Source of the DNA: an uncultured Bacillota bacterium
GTDB taxonomy: Bacteria; Bacillota_I; Bacilli_A; RF39; UBA660
Assembly: GCA_948466255.1 (NCBI GenBank)
Contig: CAOJZV010000003.1
Coordinates: 9,722-73,721, forward strand
Direction: 5' to 3'
DNA: 64,000 nt
In this document: in pieces, positions 42,590 to 52,869 of the stretch
Position numbering within the stretch: the first letter of the stretch is position 1
How the letters are laid out: every line of letters starts with the position of its first letter
The notes under the pieces: model-generated
What the model saw: the letters and a program-made list of their open reading frames with translations, nothing else
Told to the model about the DNA's origin: nothing
The model's database searches: none
Program-made: the position numbers and the translations under genes

Positions 42590-44462
42590 ATCTAGTTTTA
42601 CCTTGCTCTGGATTGTGTTCTACATAATTATCAAAATCAATCCATAAAGCGTTTCTCATATCCTGTTTTTCTTTTTCAGTTAAATTAGGATTATTATTGA
42701 TTTCTTGTTCTAATTTAGTATAACCTTCTAAATTTTGATCAACTGAATAATCTGGTGAAAGTTCAGGTTGATTTAATATTTCTTGACTTTCTTCTAATAA
42801 TTCTTGGGTCTTAGGTGAATATTCTGAATTTTTCTTCTTAATTATTTCATCTACTTGATCTTTTGTCAAATAGCCATATTGTTTTCCATCAGTTTTCTTA
42901 AGTTCCTCTGAAAGATTTTTTACTCTAGTTGCTTCATCCATAGGAACAATTTCTTCTTTAAAGTCTAAATTTTCTTCAGCTCGTGCTGTTATAGTACCAT
43001 TTGCAAGGCCTTCTGCAAGTTTAACGACATTTTCTTTTTTGGATTCTTCTACATCTAATTTCTGCTCCATATCATCATCTAATAAAATATTTTCAGCTTC
43101 TTTTGATATTTGAGAATTTAAATAATCAAACAAATCTACATATTGGTCTCTATGATAAGGTTCTTTTTCAAATTTTGTATTTGTATATGCATTTTTTCTT
43201 TCCTCTTCTAATTTAACTCTATCACAACTTTTTGCCATAGCTAATGCCATATCATCAGATAATCCATATATTTCTTGTTGTAATGCAAATAAATCTTTAT
43301 TTAATTCATCAATAGATTTTTCATCATATCTATGCTCATTAATAAAGTCTGTTCTTGTAATTTGAGATAGAGCTTGTTTTGCCTGCATAGCGATTTTTTC
43401 TTTTTGTGCCAAATCAAGTATAGATGTCTGTTGATGCTGATTATTAATAGCACTTGATTCTACTGCAATTTCCGTTTTTACATTTACGGATAAGTTATTT
43501 AAAAGTTCTACCTTTTTTTGCTCATATAACATTGGATCTTCAAGTTTCTCATCACTTAACCTTTTATTAAGAAGTTCTGCGACATATCCGCTCGTAAATA
43601 ATTCAAAGTATTTTTCATCTTTAATACCTAAATCATGTGCCCTATTAATTAATCCATTTATTGATGGATAAGTTTTTGTCACATCTTCATTAATTAAAGA
43701 CACAATCATAGCACTATTCATTAACGCTTCTTTAACTTCCTCCTCATTCATTTGCTCAAATAACCTATCCCATTCTTCATGATTTAACTTCCCGTATTTA
43801 TCTAATTCAGATTTTACCTCTTTCGGAAGCTCTTCCATATTTTCATTAATAGTAGTTAATCTTCTTTTTTTCTCATTAATTGTATCAGTAAGTTTATCAG
43901 CTAATTCATCCGCTTTTTCACCTGCTAAACTTGATTTTAAATTTTCCAAAGCTATTTCTGATTCAGTTATATCTTGAGTTAATTTTTGTTTAGTATCTGA
44001 TAACAAAGCATACATCCCACATTTAGCTGGTTGTGATGCTAAACGGCTAACTGAAGTCGCAGTATAGTTGCTTACCTTTGAAAAAATATCAACATACTTA
44101 GGTGTGCCCAATATCCATTTAATATTTTCTGGTAAATTACATAAAAGTTCATACTTTTTTTCTTCATAATCCCATTTACCATAGGCATTTTTTTTACTTA
44201 ATCTCTTATCTAAAAGTTCCGCAACATACCCATTTGTAAATAATTCATAACTATGACTATCATTAACATGCAATTGCTTCGCTCTTTCAAATAAACTGGT
44301 AATTGACGGATAACTTTTAGATACATCTTCATTAATTAAAATAGAAATTATATTTTTATCCATTAACATCTCTTGTATCTGTTCAGCATTCATTTGTGCA
44401 AATAATTTATCCCATTCTTCATGAGTTAAATTTGCATAATCTAATTCATTCATTTTACTCAT
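42588..44462 (-). CDS. 624-aa acidic hypothetical protein with two ~110-aa internal repeats
   Basis: Duplicated HEEWD.LF.QMN...INEDV.K.YPSI...ELFT.GYVAELL.KRLS...KK.ELL.NL; ends EQGKTR. Confidence 0.85.
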   Translation of the reverse strand: MSKMNELDYANLTHEEWDKLFAQMNAEQIQEMLMDKNIISILINEDVSKSYPSITSLFERAKQLHVNDSHSYELFTNGYVAELLDKRLSKKNAYGKWDYEEKKYELLCNLPENIKWILGTPKYVDIFSKVSNYTATSVSRLASQPAKCGMYALLSDTKQKLTQDITESEIALENLKSSLAGEKADELADKLTDTINEKKRRLTTINENMEELPKEVKSELDKYGKLNHEEWDRLFEQMNEEEVKEALMNSAMIVSLINEDVTKTYPSINGLINRAHDLGIKDEKYFELFTSGYVAELLNKRLSDEKLEDPMLYEQKKVELLNNLSVNVKTEIAVESSAINNQHQQTSILDLAQKEKIAMQAKQALSQITRTDFINEHRYDEKSIDELNKDLFALQQEIYGLSDDMALAMAKSCDRVKLEEERKNAYTNTKFEKEPYHRDQYVDLFDYLNSQISKEAENILLDDDMEQKLDVEESKKENVVKLAEGLANGTITARAEENLDFKEEIVPMDEATRVKNLSEELKKTDGKQYGYLTKDQVDEIIKKKNSEYSPKTQELLEESQEILNQPELSPDYSVDQNLEGYTKLEQEINNNPNLTEKEKQDMRNALWIDFDNYVEHNPEQGKTR

Positions 44463-45115
44463 TATATATCACTCTCTTCCTTATTTTCTAAATTAATTCT
44501 TTCTATATCAGTTACTTTTTTATTTTCATAAGTTATTTTATAAATATCAGGTGCTGATGGTGTTCCATTTAATATTTCTTTTCCATTAAAAGTAATATTG
44601 AATTTTTTTCCATCGAATGTTTGAGTTGCAATGCTTCCTAGATATGATAGTAATATTATTCCATGGATTACTACTGCAGTACTTTCTTTTTCACCATTTA
44701 ATACTTCATTAATGAAATTTTGTACTCTTTTATCCATATCATTAAAGGATTCATGAGTATTTAGTTTTAAATTTTTGTTGCCAAACATTTGCTTATTAAA
44801 ATCATCTGGCATTTCTCTATAATATTCTACATCAAAATCTATTTCATTAATTCTTTTATCTAATTTTATAGAAAGATTTTTCTTGTCTGCTAAATATTTT
44901 GCAGTAGCAATTGCTCTAGGAGAACTACTCGCATATAATTCATCAATATTATTTAATTCTTCTATATCGCAAAGTTTTTTCGCCTTTTCCTCACCTTGTA
45001 CTGATAAAATCATATTTCTATTATATTCTTCCCAAGGTACATTCTTATAATTTTCATAATTTTTAATATTCACGCCTGTCATTGAATGCCTTATCAAATA
45101 AATAGTTTTTATCAA
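44462..45115 (-). CDS. Histidine phosphatase family protein
   Basis: YLIRHS, LS..G, YASSSPRAIATA, LNTHESF, VIHG; TTG start with GGAGG RBS. Confidence 0.82.
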   Translation of the reverse strand: MIKTIYLIRHSMTGVNIKNYENYKNVPWEEYNRNMILSVQGEEKAKKLCDIEELNNIDELYASSSPRAIATAKYLADKKNLSIKLDKRINEIDFDVEYYREMPDDFNKQMFGNKNLKLNTHESFNDMDKRVQNFINEVLNGEKESTAVVIHGIILLSYLGSIATQTFDGKKFNITFNGKEILNGTPSAPDIYKITYENKKVTDIERINLENKEESDI

Positions 45116-45209
45116 TGTAACCCCTCCATTTTTAGTATTTGTAGTAATTCTTATATTACCATAACGAATAGCAACACTTTGTTCAATGTATATTTTACTT
45201 TATGAGTAT

Positions 45210-45244
45210 ATTATACCCCCCCCCCCCCCCCCTGGTTTTGGCAA
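45210..45244 (-). promoter_or_regulatory. SigA-type promoter with a G17 homopolymer in the spacer
   Basis: Minus strand TTGCCA (45239-45244), 23-bp spacer containing 17 G (C run 45216-45232), TATAAT (45210-45215). Confidence 0.7.
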
Positions 45245-45288
45245 GTGTTTTTGGGCATAAAATAGCACAAGGGGTAAAAAAATGTAAA

Positions 45289-45325
45289 TATATGAAAAAA
45301 GAACAATTATTTATCTAATTGTTCT
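45289..45325. repeat. 37-bp exact direct repeat, right copy (tmk terminator, overlaps the tmk stop)
   Basis: Identical to 42553-42589; contains the last codons of tmk (EQLDK*). Confidence 0.95.
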
Positions 45326-45990
45326 TTAACGTATTCATATACATCTTTGTTTATATCTTCGATTGTTCTTATTTCTTCATTTGCACATTCTATTGTTTTA
45401 AAGTTATATTTATCTGCAAGTTCAATATAAGAATTTTCAGCATGTATTAGATGATTTGTATCTTTTTCATGTTCATCTGGAGCTTCTTCTACTCTACCTG
45501 CTTTTAATTCTTTAGCTTTTTCAGTTGGCATATGAAGAAATATTGCGATATCTGGACGAGGTAATTCTAAAAGTTCAAATTCTAAATTAGCTAGCCAATC
45601 ATACATTTCTAATCTTTCTTTTTTGTCTTCTATTTTTCCACCTTGGTGTGCCATATTAGAATATATATATCTATCTAATATTATATTTGCACCCTGTTCT
45701 AACAAAAAGTTTATTTTATCAATATTATACTTTCTATCAGCAGCATAGTAAAGTGAAGCTACTTTTGGATCTACATGAGTAGCACCTTCTTTGAAAAGAC
45801 TTGGTCCAATTTGAGGTTTTCCTAGATATGCGCCACCGATAATTTTTCCGGTCGGAGAATCATAATTTGGAAAACTAAAATTATCTACTTTTATGCCAGC
45901 TTCTCTTAATTTTTTTATTAGTAGTTTTGTTTGTGTTTCTTTTCCTGAACAATCTGTTCCTTCAATAACTATTAATTTACCTCTTGCCAT
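45307..45990 (-). CDS. tmk: Thymidylate kinase
   Basis: IVIEGTDCSGKETQ, FPNYDSPTGKII, LYYAADR, LDRYIYSNMAHQG, PRPD. Confidence 0.9.
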   Translation of the reverse strand: MARGKLIVIEGTDCSGKETQTKLLIKKLREAGIKVDNFSFPNYDSPTGKIIGGAYLGKPQIGPSLFKEGATHVDPKVASLYYAADRKYNIDKINFLLEQGANIILDRYIYSNMAHQGGKIEDKKERLEMYDWLANLEFELLELPRPDIAIFLHMPTEKAKELKAGRVEEAPDEHEKDTNHLIHAENSYIELADKYNFKTIECANEEIRTIEDINKDVYEYVKEQLDK

Positions 45991-45992
45991 GG

Positions 45993-46481
45993 TTATCTCC
46001 TTTTATATAAAACGTGTTTAAATTTAATTCCTGTTTTTTCGTCCTTAAAATGTGTGAGTTCTGTTCTATCAAAATCTTCTTTATTAAAATTTGGAAAATA
46101 TACCTCAGCTTCTTTATCTTCAGCATCTATTTCAGTTAAATAAAGTTTATTTGCATATTCTAATAATTCCTTATATATTGAAGCTCCTCCAATATCGAAA
46201 ACTTCGTCCTCAATATCTTTATAAGCTTCTAAAAACTCTTCTACACTTTGATAAACTTCTACTTCTTCTGGAAATTTTAAATTACTACGTGTTAAAACTA
46301 GATGTTTTCTACCTTCTAATAATTTAGGTAATGACTCAAATGTTTTTCTACCCATAATTATATGGTGTCCCATAGTCATTTGTTTAAAAAATTTCATATC
46401 TTCTTTAAAGCGCCATATTAAATCATTGTTTTTTCCAATTTCGTTATTTTTGCCGACAGCTACTATTAATGATAAGTTCAT
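45993..46481 (-). CDS. folA: Dihydrofolate reductase
   Basis: IGKNNDLIWRFKEDMKFFK, IMGRKTFESL, IGGASIY, YLTEI. Confidence 0.93.
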   Translation of the reverse strand: MNLSLIVAVGKNNEIGKNNDLIWRFKEDMKFFKQMTMGHHIIMGRKTFESLPKLLEGRKHLVLTRSNLKFPEEVEVYQSVEEFLEAYKDIEDEVFDIGGASIYKELLEYANKLYLTEIDAEDKEAEVYFPNFNKEDFDRTELTHFKDEKTGIKFKHVLYKRR

Positions 46482-46492
46482 AAGTTCACCTC

Positions 46493-47527
46493 TTACTGTG
46501 CGATTGGAAAACTAATTTTTCCATGATGTTTATAATTTAACACTTTAACATCTTTGCATTCTTTTGAATGATCAAAATCATAAAAATCGGTTACTTCAGG
46601 ATTTATCCATACCTCTGGAGCTGGTAAATCTTCAAGTTCTTCGCCTCTTTTGATTTGTTCTTTTATTCCTTCTATTTGATTTACATATATGTGGGCATCT
46701 TTAATACTCCAGTCTAGTATTCCAGGCTCTAAACCTGTTACCTGAGCAAGCATATGAAGTAGTACTGAATATTGTGTAACATTAAATGGAAGTCCTAGCG
46801 GAACATCACAACTTCTTTGATGTACCCAAGCATTTAATTTTCCATCTGTTACATCCCATTCACTTGACCAAACACATGATGGAAGTACTGCTGTTCTTAA
46901 ATAGTCATTTTGCCATAAACTAATTATTCTTCTTCTATCATTTACATTATTTTTTAAACTATCAATTAGATGATCAGTTAATTTAAAACGATTTACAATA
47001 TAGCCGTAAGCTGTTCCTATTGTATGAGCGTATTCTTTTCCATAATATTTAGCTTCAATAATATTTTTTTGTTTTTCACCATTATATAAACTTTTAGTGG
47101 TCATTGGAGTTCCAAGTTCATCGCATTTAGCTTTCAATTTTTTGTCATAATCTTCAGGTGGTACACTAAGTGGATCTAAAACTAAAACTTTTTTATCTTG
47201 TTGAAATGGTGTTTCCATGCCTTCTTGTTCATATAAGCGATAAATACCATCTTCATCAATTTCCCATTCATCCCAAATATGAACATTTCTTTCTTGTAAC
47301 CATCTTACATCGTTACTTTGTACTTGATAAATCCAAAGCATTTCTAAAATAGCTTGTCTAAAGAAAAGCTGTTTGGTTGTAAGAACTGGGAATTCTTCTT
47401 CAAAGTCGAAGTGGAAGTGATGTGAAGGCACTTTTATAGTGTTTATTCCTGTTCTATTTTCAACTTCTTTGCCCTCTTCTAATATTCTTTTACATAATTT
47501 AAGATATTCTTTATCCCATTTTGACAT
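46493..47527 (-). CDS. thyA: Thymidylate synthase (long form with insertion)
   Basis: NRTG, PVLTTK, IWDEW, RRRII, LPSC, QRSCDVPLGLPFN, DAHIY.N. Confidence 0.93.
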   Translation of the reverse strand: MSKWDKEYLKLCKRILEEGKEVENRTGINTIKVPSHHFHFDFEEEFPVLTTKQLFFRQAILEMLWIYQVQSNDVRWLQERNVHIWDEWEIDEDGIYRLYEQEGMETPFQQDKKVLVLDPLSVPPEDYDKKLKAKCDELGTPMTTKSLYNGEKQKNIIEAKYYGKEYAHTIGTAYGYIVNRFKLTDHLIDSLKNNVNDRRRIISLWQNDYLRTAVLPSCVWSSEWDVTDGKLNAWVHQRSCDVPLGLPFNVTQYSVLLHMLAQVTGLEPGILDWSIKDAHIYVNQIEGIKEQIKRGEELEDLPAPEVWINPEVTDFYDFDHSKECKDVKVLNYKHHGKISFPIAQ

Positions 47528-47538
47528 TTTGTTTCCCC

Positions 47539-48111
47539 CTAACCTATGATGTTGTCACCATCGAATTTTATATCTAAAAATTTCTTACTAGCAAGTAAAT
47601 CACACATGTGGACAAATTTTTGATATTTATTTTGTGGTACTGGTAAGACTACGTTGCTATATTGGTTTGTATTAAATGGACCCATATGACTTGAAACGGT
47701 AGTTGTTAAAAACTCTATTTCTTTATCATTAAAGGTTGTTTTATTTTTATTTTCTTTGATGAAATTAGCGGCTAATAATGGGTGATCAAACCTTACATAT
47801 TTATCTTTTGGAATTCCGTATTTTAGTCCATCGTGTAAGATTAATGTAAGTATCATTAGGTCTTTTTCATTTTGATTAAAGACATCACCAATAATACTGT
47901 TTAATAATTCATTGGCAATTCTGACAGCAGCTTTAGTATGTCTAACTAATCCACCTTCACCTTGAGCGAATGATGGATGATATTTACCAGTTGAACTAGC
48001 ACCTACTTCAAAGAAATAGTCTGGAAGTTCTTCTATTAGATTTTCTGCATTCTTCCTGTAATCTTCATTTTTAATATAGCTTAATTCTGTTTTAAATTTA
48101 TCTTTCTTCAT
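47539..48111 (-). CDS. HD-domain phosphohydrolase
   Basis: ASSTGKYHP, GGLVRHT, LILHDG.K, HP, SHMG, HMCD. Confidence 0.8.
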   Translation of the reverse strand: MKKDKFKTELSYIKNEDYRKNAENLIEELPDYFFEVGASSTGKYHPSFAQGEGGLVRHTKAAVRIANELLNSIIGDVFNQNEKDLMILTLILHDGLKYGIPKDKYVRFDHPLLAANFIKENKNKTTFNDKEIEFLTTTVSSHMGPFNTNQYSNVVLPVPQNKYQKFVHMCDLLASKKFLDIKFDGDNIIG

Positions 48112-48141
48112 CTTACCACCCTAATATAATTATACCACAAA

Positions 48142-49227
48142 CTATTGTTTGTGGAAATGGATATCTATAAAATTCATAAGAATTTCATTTGAATAATATA
48201 AATATTTGGGATTAATATATATATAATCTTCATTGTCTAATATTTGTTTTTTATTTATTAGTTCTTTTATTATTTTTAAATCATTTATATTTATATTATA
48301 TTTTTGTTTAAATTTTTGTTTATTAATCCCTTTTATTTTTCTAAAACCCAAAATAAATTCATTTTGCATTGTTTCGTTTTGATCTAATATATGACTTGTT
48401 TCTTTATAATTACCTTTTAAATATTTGGTTATATTTTTTGTATTTTCATATCTCTCATTATTTATATAGCCACTGGCACCTAATCCAAAACCATAATAAT
48501 TTTCGTTATTCCAATATGTTAGGTTATGTTTTGATTCATAGCCTTCTTTAGAATAGTTGCTTATTTCATAATGAATATAACCATTTTCTTTTAATATTTT
48601 ATTTATATATTCTTCGTTATTGGTATCTTCATTTTTTATTTGATAATTTTTGATATATAGTTTGGTGTGAGGCTCTAGAATAAGGCTGTAGGTTGATATA
48701 TGTGGAATATCTAATTTTAGAAGTTTTTCTATATCATTTTTTAAAATATCTTTTGTTTCTTCATTGAAATTATACATTAAATCGGCATTTATATTTTTAA
48801 AATATTTTTTAGCTAGTTTTATGTTTTCAATGTTTACTTGTTTTCTATCTAATAATTTTAAAAGTTTATTATTAAATGTTTGAATTCCAATGCTTAATCT
48901 ATTTATCTTATTTTTTAGAAATTCTAATTTTTCTTTTGTTAAATCTTCCGGGTTAGCTTCAAAAGTTATTTCTGGATTTTTATCTAAATTAATTATTTTT
49001 AATATTTGAAATAATTTTTCTAATTGTTTTATATTTAAGATACTAGGAGTCCCACCACCTATATAAATGGTTTTGATTTTTTCACCTTTATAATTTTGTT
49101 TTATTTCTTTTTGTAGTTCTTCTAAATAATCATTAATCCATTTTTCATTTTTATGTAACTTACAAAAATCACAATATGAACAAATATTTTCGCAAAATGG
49201 AATATGGATATAAACTGCTTTTATCAT
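48142..49227 (-). CDS. hemW: Radical SAM heme chaperone HemW (HemN-like)
   Basis: YIHIPFCENICSYCDF, YIGGGTPS, EANPE, HYEISNY, HN..YW...YYGFGLGA. Confidence 0.9.
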   Translation of the reverse strand: MIKAVYIHIPFCENICSYCDFCKLHKNEKWINDYLEELQKEIKQNYKGEKIKTIYIGGGTPSILNIKQLEKLFQILKIINLDKNPEITFEANPEDLTKEKLEFLKNKINRLSIGIQTFNNKLLKLLDRKQVNIENIKLAKKYFKNINADLMYNFNEETKDILKNDIEKLLKLDIPHISTYSLILEPHTKLYIKNYQIKNEDTNNEEYINKILKENGYIHYEISNYSKEGYESKHNLTYWNNENYYGFGLGASGYINNERYENTKNITKYLKGNYKETSHILDQNETMQNEFILGFRKIKGINKQKFKQKYNININDLKIIKELINKKQILDNEDYIYINPKYLYYSNEILMNFIDIHFHKQ

Positions 49228-49652
49228 CTTGTTTTCCCTGATAAATTATTTAATTCATTTGTATCATTAATTATATCGATTTTTGTTAAGTATTCTGATG
49301 CGATATACTGCATTGATTTTGTTATGTGTTCGTTTACTTCATCAGCGCATCCTTTTTGAAATGCTTCTTCGTATTGTTTTTGAAGTTCAATTATTCTTTC
49401 ATTATAGTCTTTATTATCTTCTGCTTCATCAGTATTACCTTTTGGAAATTCTTCTAACATGATAGAAGAATCTGTATCTTTTAGGTCTTCTAAATATCCT
49501 TGATAAATATCATCACGTGAAGCTAGAGTATCCTTAAAATATTCGTCTGCATACTTTCCATAATCAAAATCTTTATCTAAAATAATATTAGGTTCTGGTG
49601 TTTCTATTATTACTGACTGCTTACCTATTTTTCTCCATGGTCCTTTACTCAT
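49224..49652 (-). CDS. Acidic hypothetical protein inserted between lepA and hemW
   Basis: 142-aa ORF, RBS in the lepA 3' end, stop overlaps the hemW start; ends LSGKTR. Confidence 0.8.
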   Translation of the reverse strand: MSKGPWRKIGKQSVIIETPEPNIILDKDFDYGKYADEYFKDTLASRDDIYQGYLEDLKDTDSSIMLEEFPKGNTDEAEDNKDYNERIIELQKQYEEAFQKGCADEVNEHITKSMQYIASEYLTKIDIINDTNELNNLSGKTR

Positions 49653-49657
49653 TATAT

Positions 49658-51457
49658 CTACTCCTCATCCATACTTAATACTGCAAGGAAAGCTTCTTGC
49701 GGTACTTCAACACTACCAACCATTTTCATTTTTTTCTTTCCTTCTTTTTGTTTTTCTAATAATTTTCTTTTTCTTGATACGTCTCCGCCATAACATTTGG
49801 CTAAAACATTTTTACGCATAGCTTTTATATCAGCTCTAGCAATAGCTTTACTTCCAATAACAGCTTGAATTGGTACTTCAAACATTTGTCTTGGGATTTG
49901 TTTTTTAAGAGCTTCTACAATTATTTTCCCTCTTTTATAGGCAAAATCTTTATGCACTATTACACTTAAAGCATCAACTACTTCACCGTTTAATAGGATA
50001 TCCATTTTTACTAGATTGCTTTCTTTATAGCCAATTAAATCGTAATCAAAAGATGCATATCCTCTTGTTGCTCCTTTTAGTTTATCGAAGAAATCATAAA
50101 CTATTTCTGATAGTGGAATTTCATAGTGAATATTTACTCTTGTTTGGTCTAAATATTCCATACTTATATAGTTTCCTCTTTTATTTTGGCATAGTTCCAT
50201 GATTGGTCCAATATATTCACTTGGGACTAATATATTAGTTCTTATATATGGTTCTTCTATTGTTTTTATTTTTTGTCTATCTGGCATTTTTACTGGACTG
50301 TCAACATCTATTATTTCATTATTAGTTTGGGTAACTTTATAAATTACTGATGGACTAGTAGCAATTAGTTCGATACCAAATTCTCTTTCGATTCTTTCTA
50401 GGGTTATTTCCATATGGAGTAAGCCTAAAAATCCACATCTAAATCCAAAGCCTAAAGCTTTTGATGTTTCTGGTTCAAAATCTAAAGCGGCATCATTTAG
50501 TTTTAATTTATCTAAAGCTTCTCTTAAATCTGGGTATTTGCTAGATTCTAATGGATATAATCCACAAAATACCATTGGTTTCATTGGACGATAACCTGGA
50601 AGCGCTTTTTGTGCCGGATTATTTTCTAAAGTTATTGTATCCCCAACTTTAATATCTCTAATACTTTTAATACTCCCATTTATATAACCTACTTCACCTG
50701 TTGTTAAGGTATCTTTTATGTGTTCTTTTGGATTATATATTCCTAGTTCAACCGCCTCATGAGTGGCATTTGTTGCCATCATTTTTAATTTATCTTTTGT
50801 TTTGATTTCTCCATCGAATATTCTAACTAGGGCAATTACTCCTTTATATGGATCAAAATGGCTATCAAATACTAAGGCTTTTAATTTATCATTTTTGTTT
50901 CCTTTTGGAGCGGGAATTCTTTCTACTATAGCATCTACTAGTTCTTTTATTCCTTCGCCTGTTTTAGCACTGGTTAAAATTATTTCTTCATCATCAAAAC
51001 CAAAAGTATCTTTTAATTCTTTTTTTACTTTCGGAATATCGGCATTGGGCAGGTCTATTTTATTTATTACTGGAATTATAGTTAAATCATTTTCTAAAGC
51101 TAAATATACATTAGCTAGGGTTTGTGCCTCTATACCTTGGGCAGCATCAACAACTAAAACTGCTCCTTCACAAGCAGCTAAACTACGTGATACTTCATAT
51201 GAAAAATCAACATGGCCTGGAGTATCTATTAAATGAAGTGTATAATCTTCATTATTGTATTTATAATTTAATTGAACAGCATTTAGTTTGATAGTTATCC
51301 CACGTTCTCTTTCAATATCCATACTATCTAACAGTTGATCTTGCATTTCTCTTTCTGTAATAGCACCTGTTAATTCTAAAATTCTATCTGCGATGGTACT
51401 TTTTCCATGATCTATATGTGCGATTATAGAAAAGTTTCTAATATTTTCTTGTTTCAT
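49658..51457 (-). CDS. lepA: Elongation factor 4
   Basis: [47 protein letters not shown]. Confidence 0.98.
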   Translation of the reverse strand: MKQENIRNFSIIAHIDHGKSTIADRILELTGAITEREMQDQLLDSMDIERERGITIKLNAVQLNYKYNNEDYTLHLIDTPGHVDFSYEVSRSLAACEGAVLVVDAAQGIEAQTLANVYLALENDLTIIPVINKIDLPNADIPKVKKELKDTFGFDDEEIILTSAKTGEGIKELVDAIVERIPAPKGNKNDKLKALVFDSHFDPYKGVIALVRIFDGEIKTKDKLKMMATNATHEAVELGIYNPKEHIKDTLTTGEVGYINGSIKSIRDIKVGDTITLENNPAQKALPGYRPMKPMVFCGLYPLESSKYPDLREALDKLKLNDAALDFEPETSKALGFGFRCGFLGLLHMEITLERIEREFGIELIATSPSVIYKVTQTNNEIIDVDSPVKMPDRQKIKTIEEPYIRTNILVPSEYIGPIMELCQNKRGNYISMEYLDQTRVNIHYEIPLSEIVYDFFDKLKGATRGYASFDYDLIGYKESNLVKMDILLNGEVVDALSVIVHKDFAYKRGKIIVEALKKQIPRQMFEVPIQAVIGSKAIARADIKAMRKNVLAKCYGGDVSRKRKLLEKQKEGKKKMKMVGSVEVPQEAFLAVLSMDEE

Positions 51458-51532
51458 GTTTTTCACCTGTATTTATTATAACATGTATAATAAAAGATAC
51501 AAAGAAAAAACAGGAAATTTAAATGGTCTTTT

Positions 51533-51883
51533 CTAATCTCTAGGTTTAAAAACTAAAGACATAAAGAATGCACATATAATAGCTGCACATATACCTGCTG
51601 AAGTTAAATCAAAAGCTCCAACAAATAATCCCATAAATCCCTGTTCATTATATCCCATAATTGCGCCATGAGTAAGCATATGGCCAAAACTTGTAATTGG
51701 AACTAAAGCTCCGCCACCGGCCCATAGGACAAATTTATCATATATATCAAATACATCTAGGAAAGCTCCTACTACAACAAATATAACTGTAATATGGCCT
51801 GGAGTAAGTTTTGTTTTATCTAAAATGATTTGCCCAATCATACATACTAAACCAGCGAATAAAAACGCATTAAAGTATAACAT
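51533..51883 (-). CDS. spoVAE: Stage V sporulation protein AE(b)
   Basis: AFLFAGLVCMIGQ, GGGALVPITSFGH, AGICAAII. Confidence 0.9.
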   Translation of the reverse strand: MLYFNAFLFAGLVCMIGQIILDKTKLTPGHITVIFVVVGAFLDVFDIYDKFVLWAGGGALVPITSFGHMLTHGAIMGYNEQGFMGLFVGAFDLTSAGICAAIICAFFMSLVFKPRD

Positions 51884-52869
51884 TATATCGCCTCCAAACT
51901 AACGGCATGAGCAATAGCCGGAATTGTTAATTTTTGATTAGCAAGTGACTGACTCATTAAGGCTCCTGTTGCTACTAATAAAACTTTTTTAAGTTTTCCT
52001 TTTTTCATTTGATCAAAAATATATCCATAAGTAACTAAAGGGGCACATACTGGACCGCTTGCTCCTGCATATACTGGTTGCCTTTTTATATCATAAAGCA
52101 TAACTCCTGTATCATCATAATTTTTTAAAGTAATTCCATATTCTGTCTGCATATATTCTTTTAATATTTCTTTTCCATAAATTCCTAAATCTCCTGTTAA
52201 AACCAAATCATAATAATCAATAGTTCTTCCTGTATCATTTAAATGTTTATGAATAGTATCAGCTGCTGCAGGCGCCATAACTGCTCCCATATTAAATACA
52301 TCATTAATCATAGAATCGGTTACTGTTCCTAAAGTCGCACTTTCTATTTTAATATCAGATTTTTTAGAGGAAAGTAAAGCTACTGCACTTCCAGTTGAAG
52401 TAAATGTTGTTGTTTTGGGTTTTGGTCCTCCATATTCCACTGGATATCTAAATTGTTTTTCAGCTCCATTATTATGTGATGAAGTTGCACATAATACTCT
52501 ACCGGCTTGCTTACTTTCTATCATATTTGCCCCAACGCAAAGACCTAAAGTACTAGTCGCGCAGGCAGCATATACACCGATATAAGAAGCTGGCATATTA
52601 GTTCCGGCATAGTTAGAAGCGGTTATTTGATTTAATAAGTCTCCGGCTATAAATACATCAATATCGTATCTTGTCATTCCTATTTTATTAAGTAAGATAT
52701 CAGTGGCATCACTTATTGATTTACTTTCTGCTTGCTCCCATGTTTTACATTCAAAATATAAGTCTTCATAACTGTGATCGAAATATTTTGAAAGTGGTCC
52801 TTTTCCTTCATAAGGCCCGGTTACGGTTGCAGTTTCGTTTATGTAAACGTTATTGTATTTAAATGTCAT
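51883..52869 (-). CDS. spoVAD: Stage V sporulation protein AD
   Basis: GPYEGKGPL, AGDLLNQI, ACAT, AEKQFRYP.EYG, MGAVMAPAA, TGDLG. Confidence 0.95.
   Translation of the reverse strand: MTFKYNNVYINETATVTGPYEGKGPLSKYFDHSYEDLYFECKTWEQAESKSISDATDILLNKIGMTRYDIDVFIAGDLLNQITASNYAGTNMPASYIGVYAACATSTLGLCVGANMIESKQAGRVLCATSSHNNGAEKQFRYPVEYGGPKPKTTTFTSTGSAVALLSSKKSDIKIESATLGTVTDSMINDVFNMGAVMAPAAADTIHKHLNDTGRTIDYYDLVLTGDLGIYGKEILKEYMQTEYGITLKNYDDTGVMLYDIKRQPVYAGASGPVCAPLVTYGYIFDQMKKGKLKKVLLVATGALMSQSLANQKLTIPAIAHAVSLEAI

Noticed and set aside
46493-47527. Intein or intron in the long thyA
   Set aside because: The ~60-aa insert lies in the variable small-domain region, as in other long ThyA proteins, and has no intein or splice motifs.
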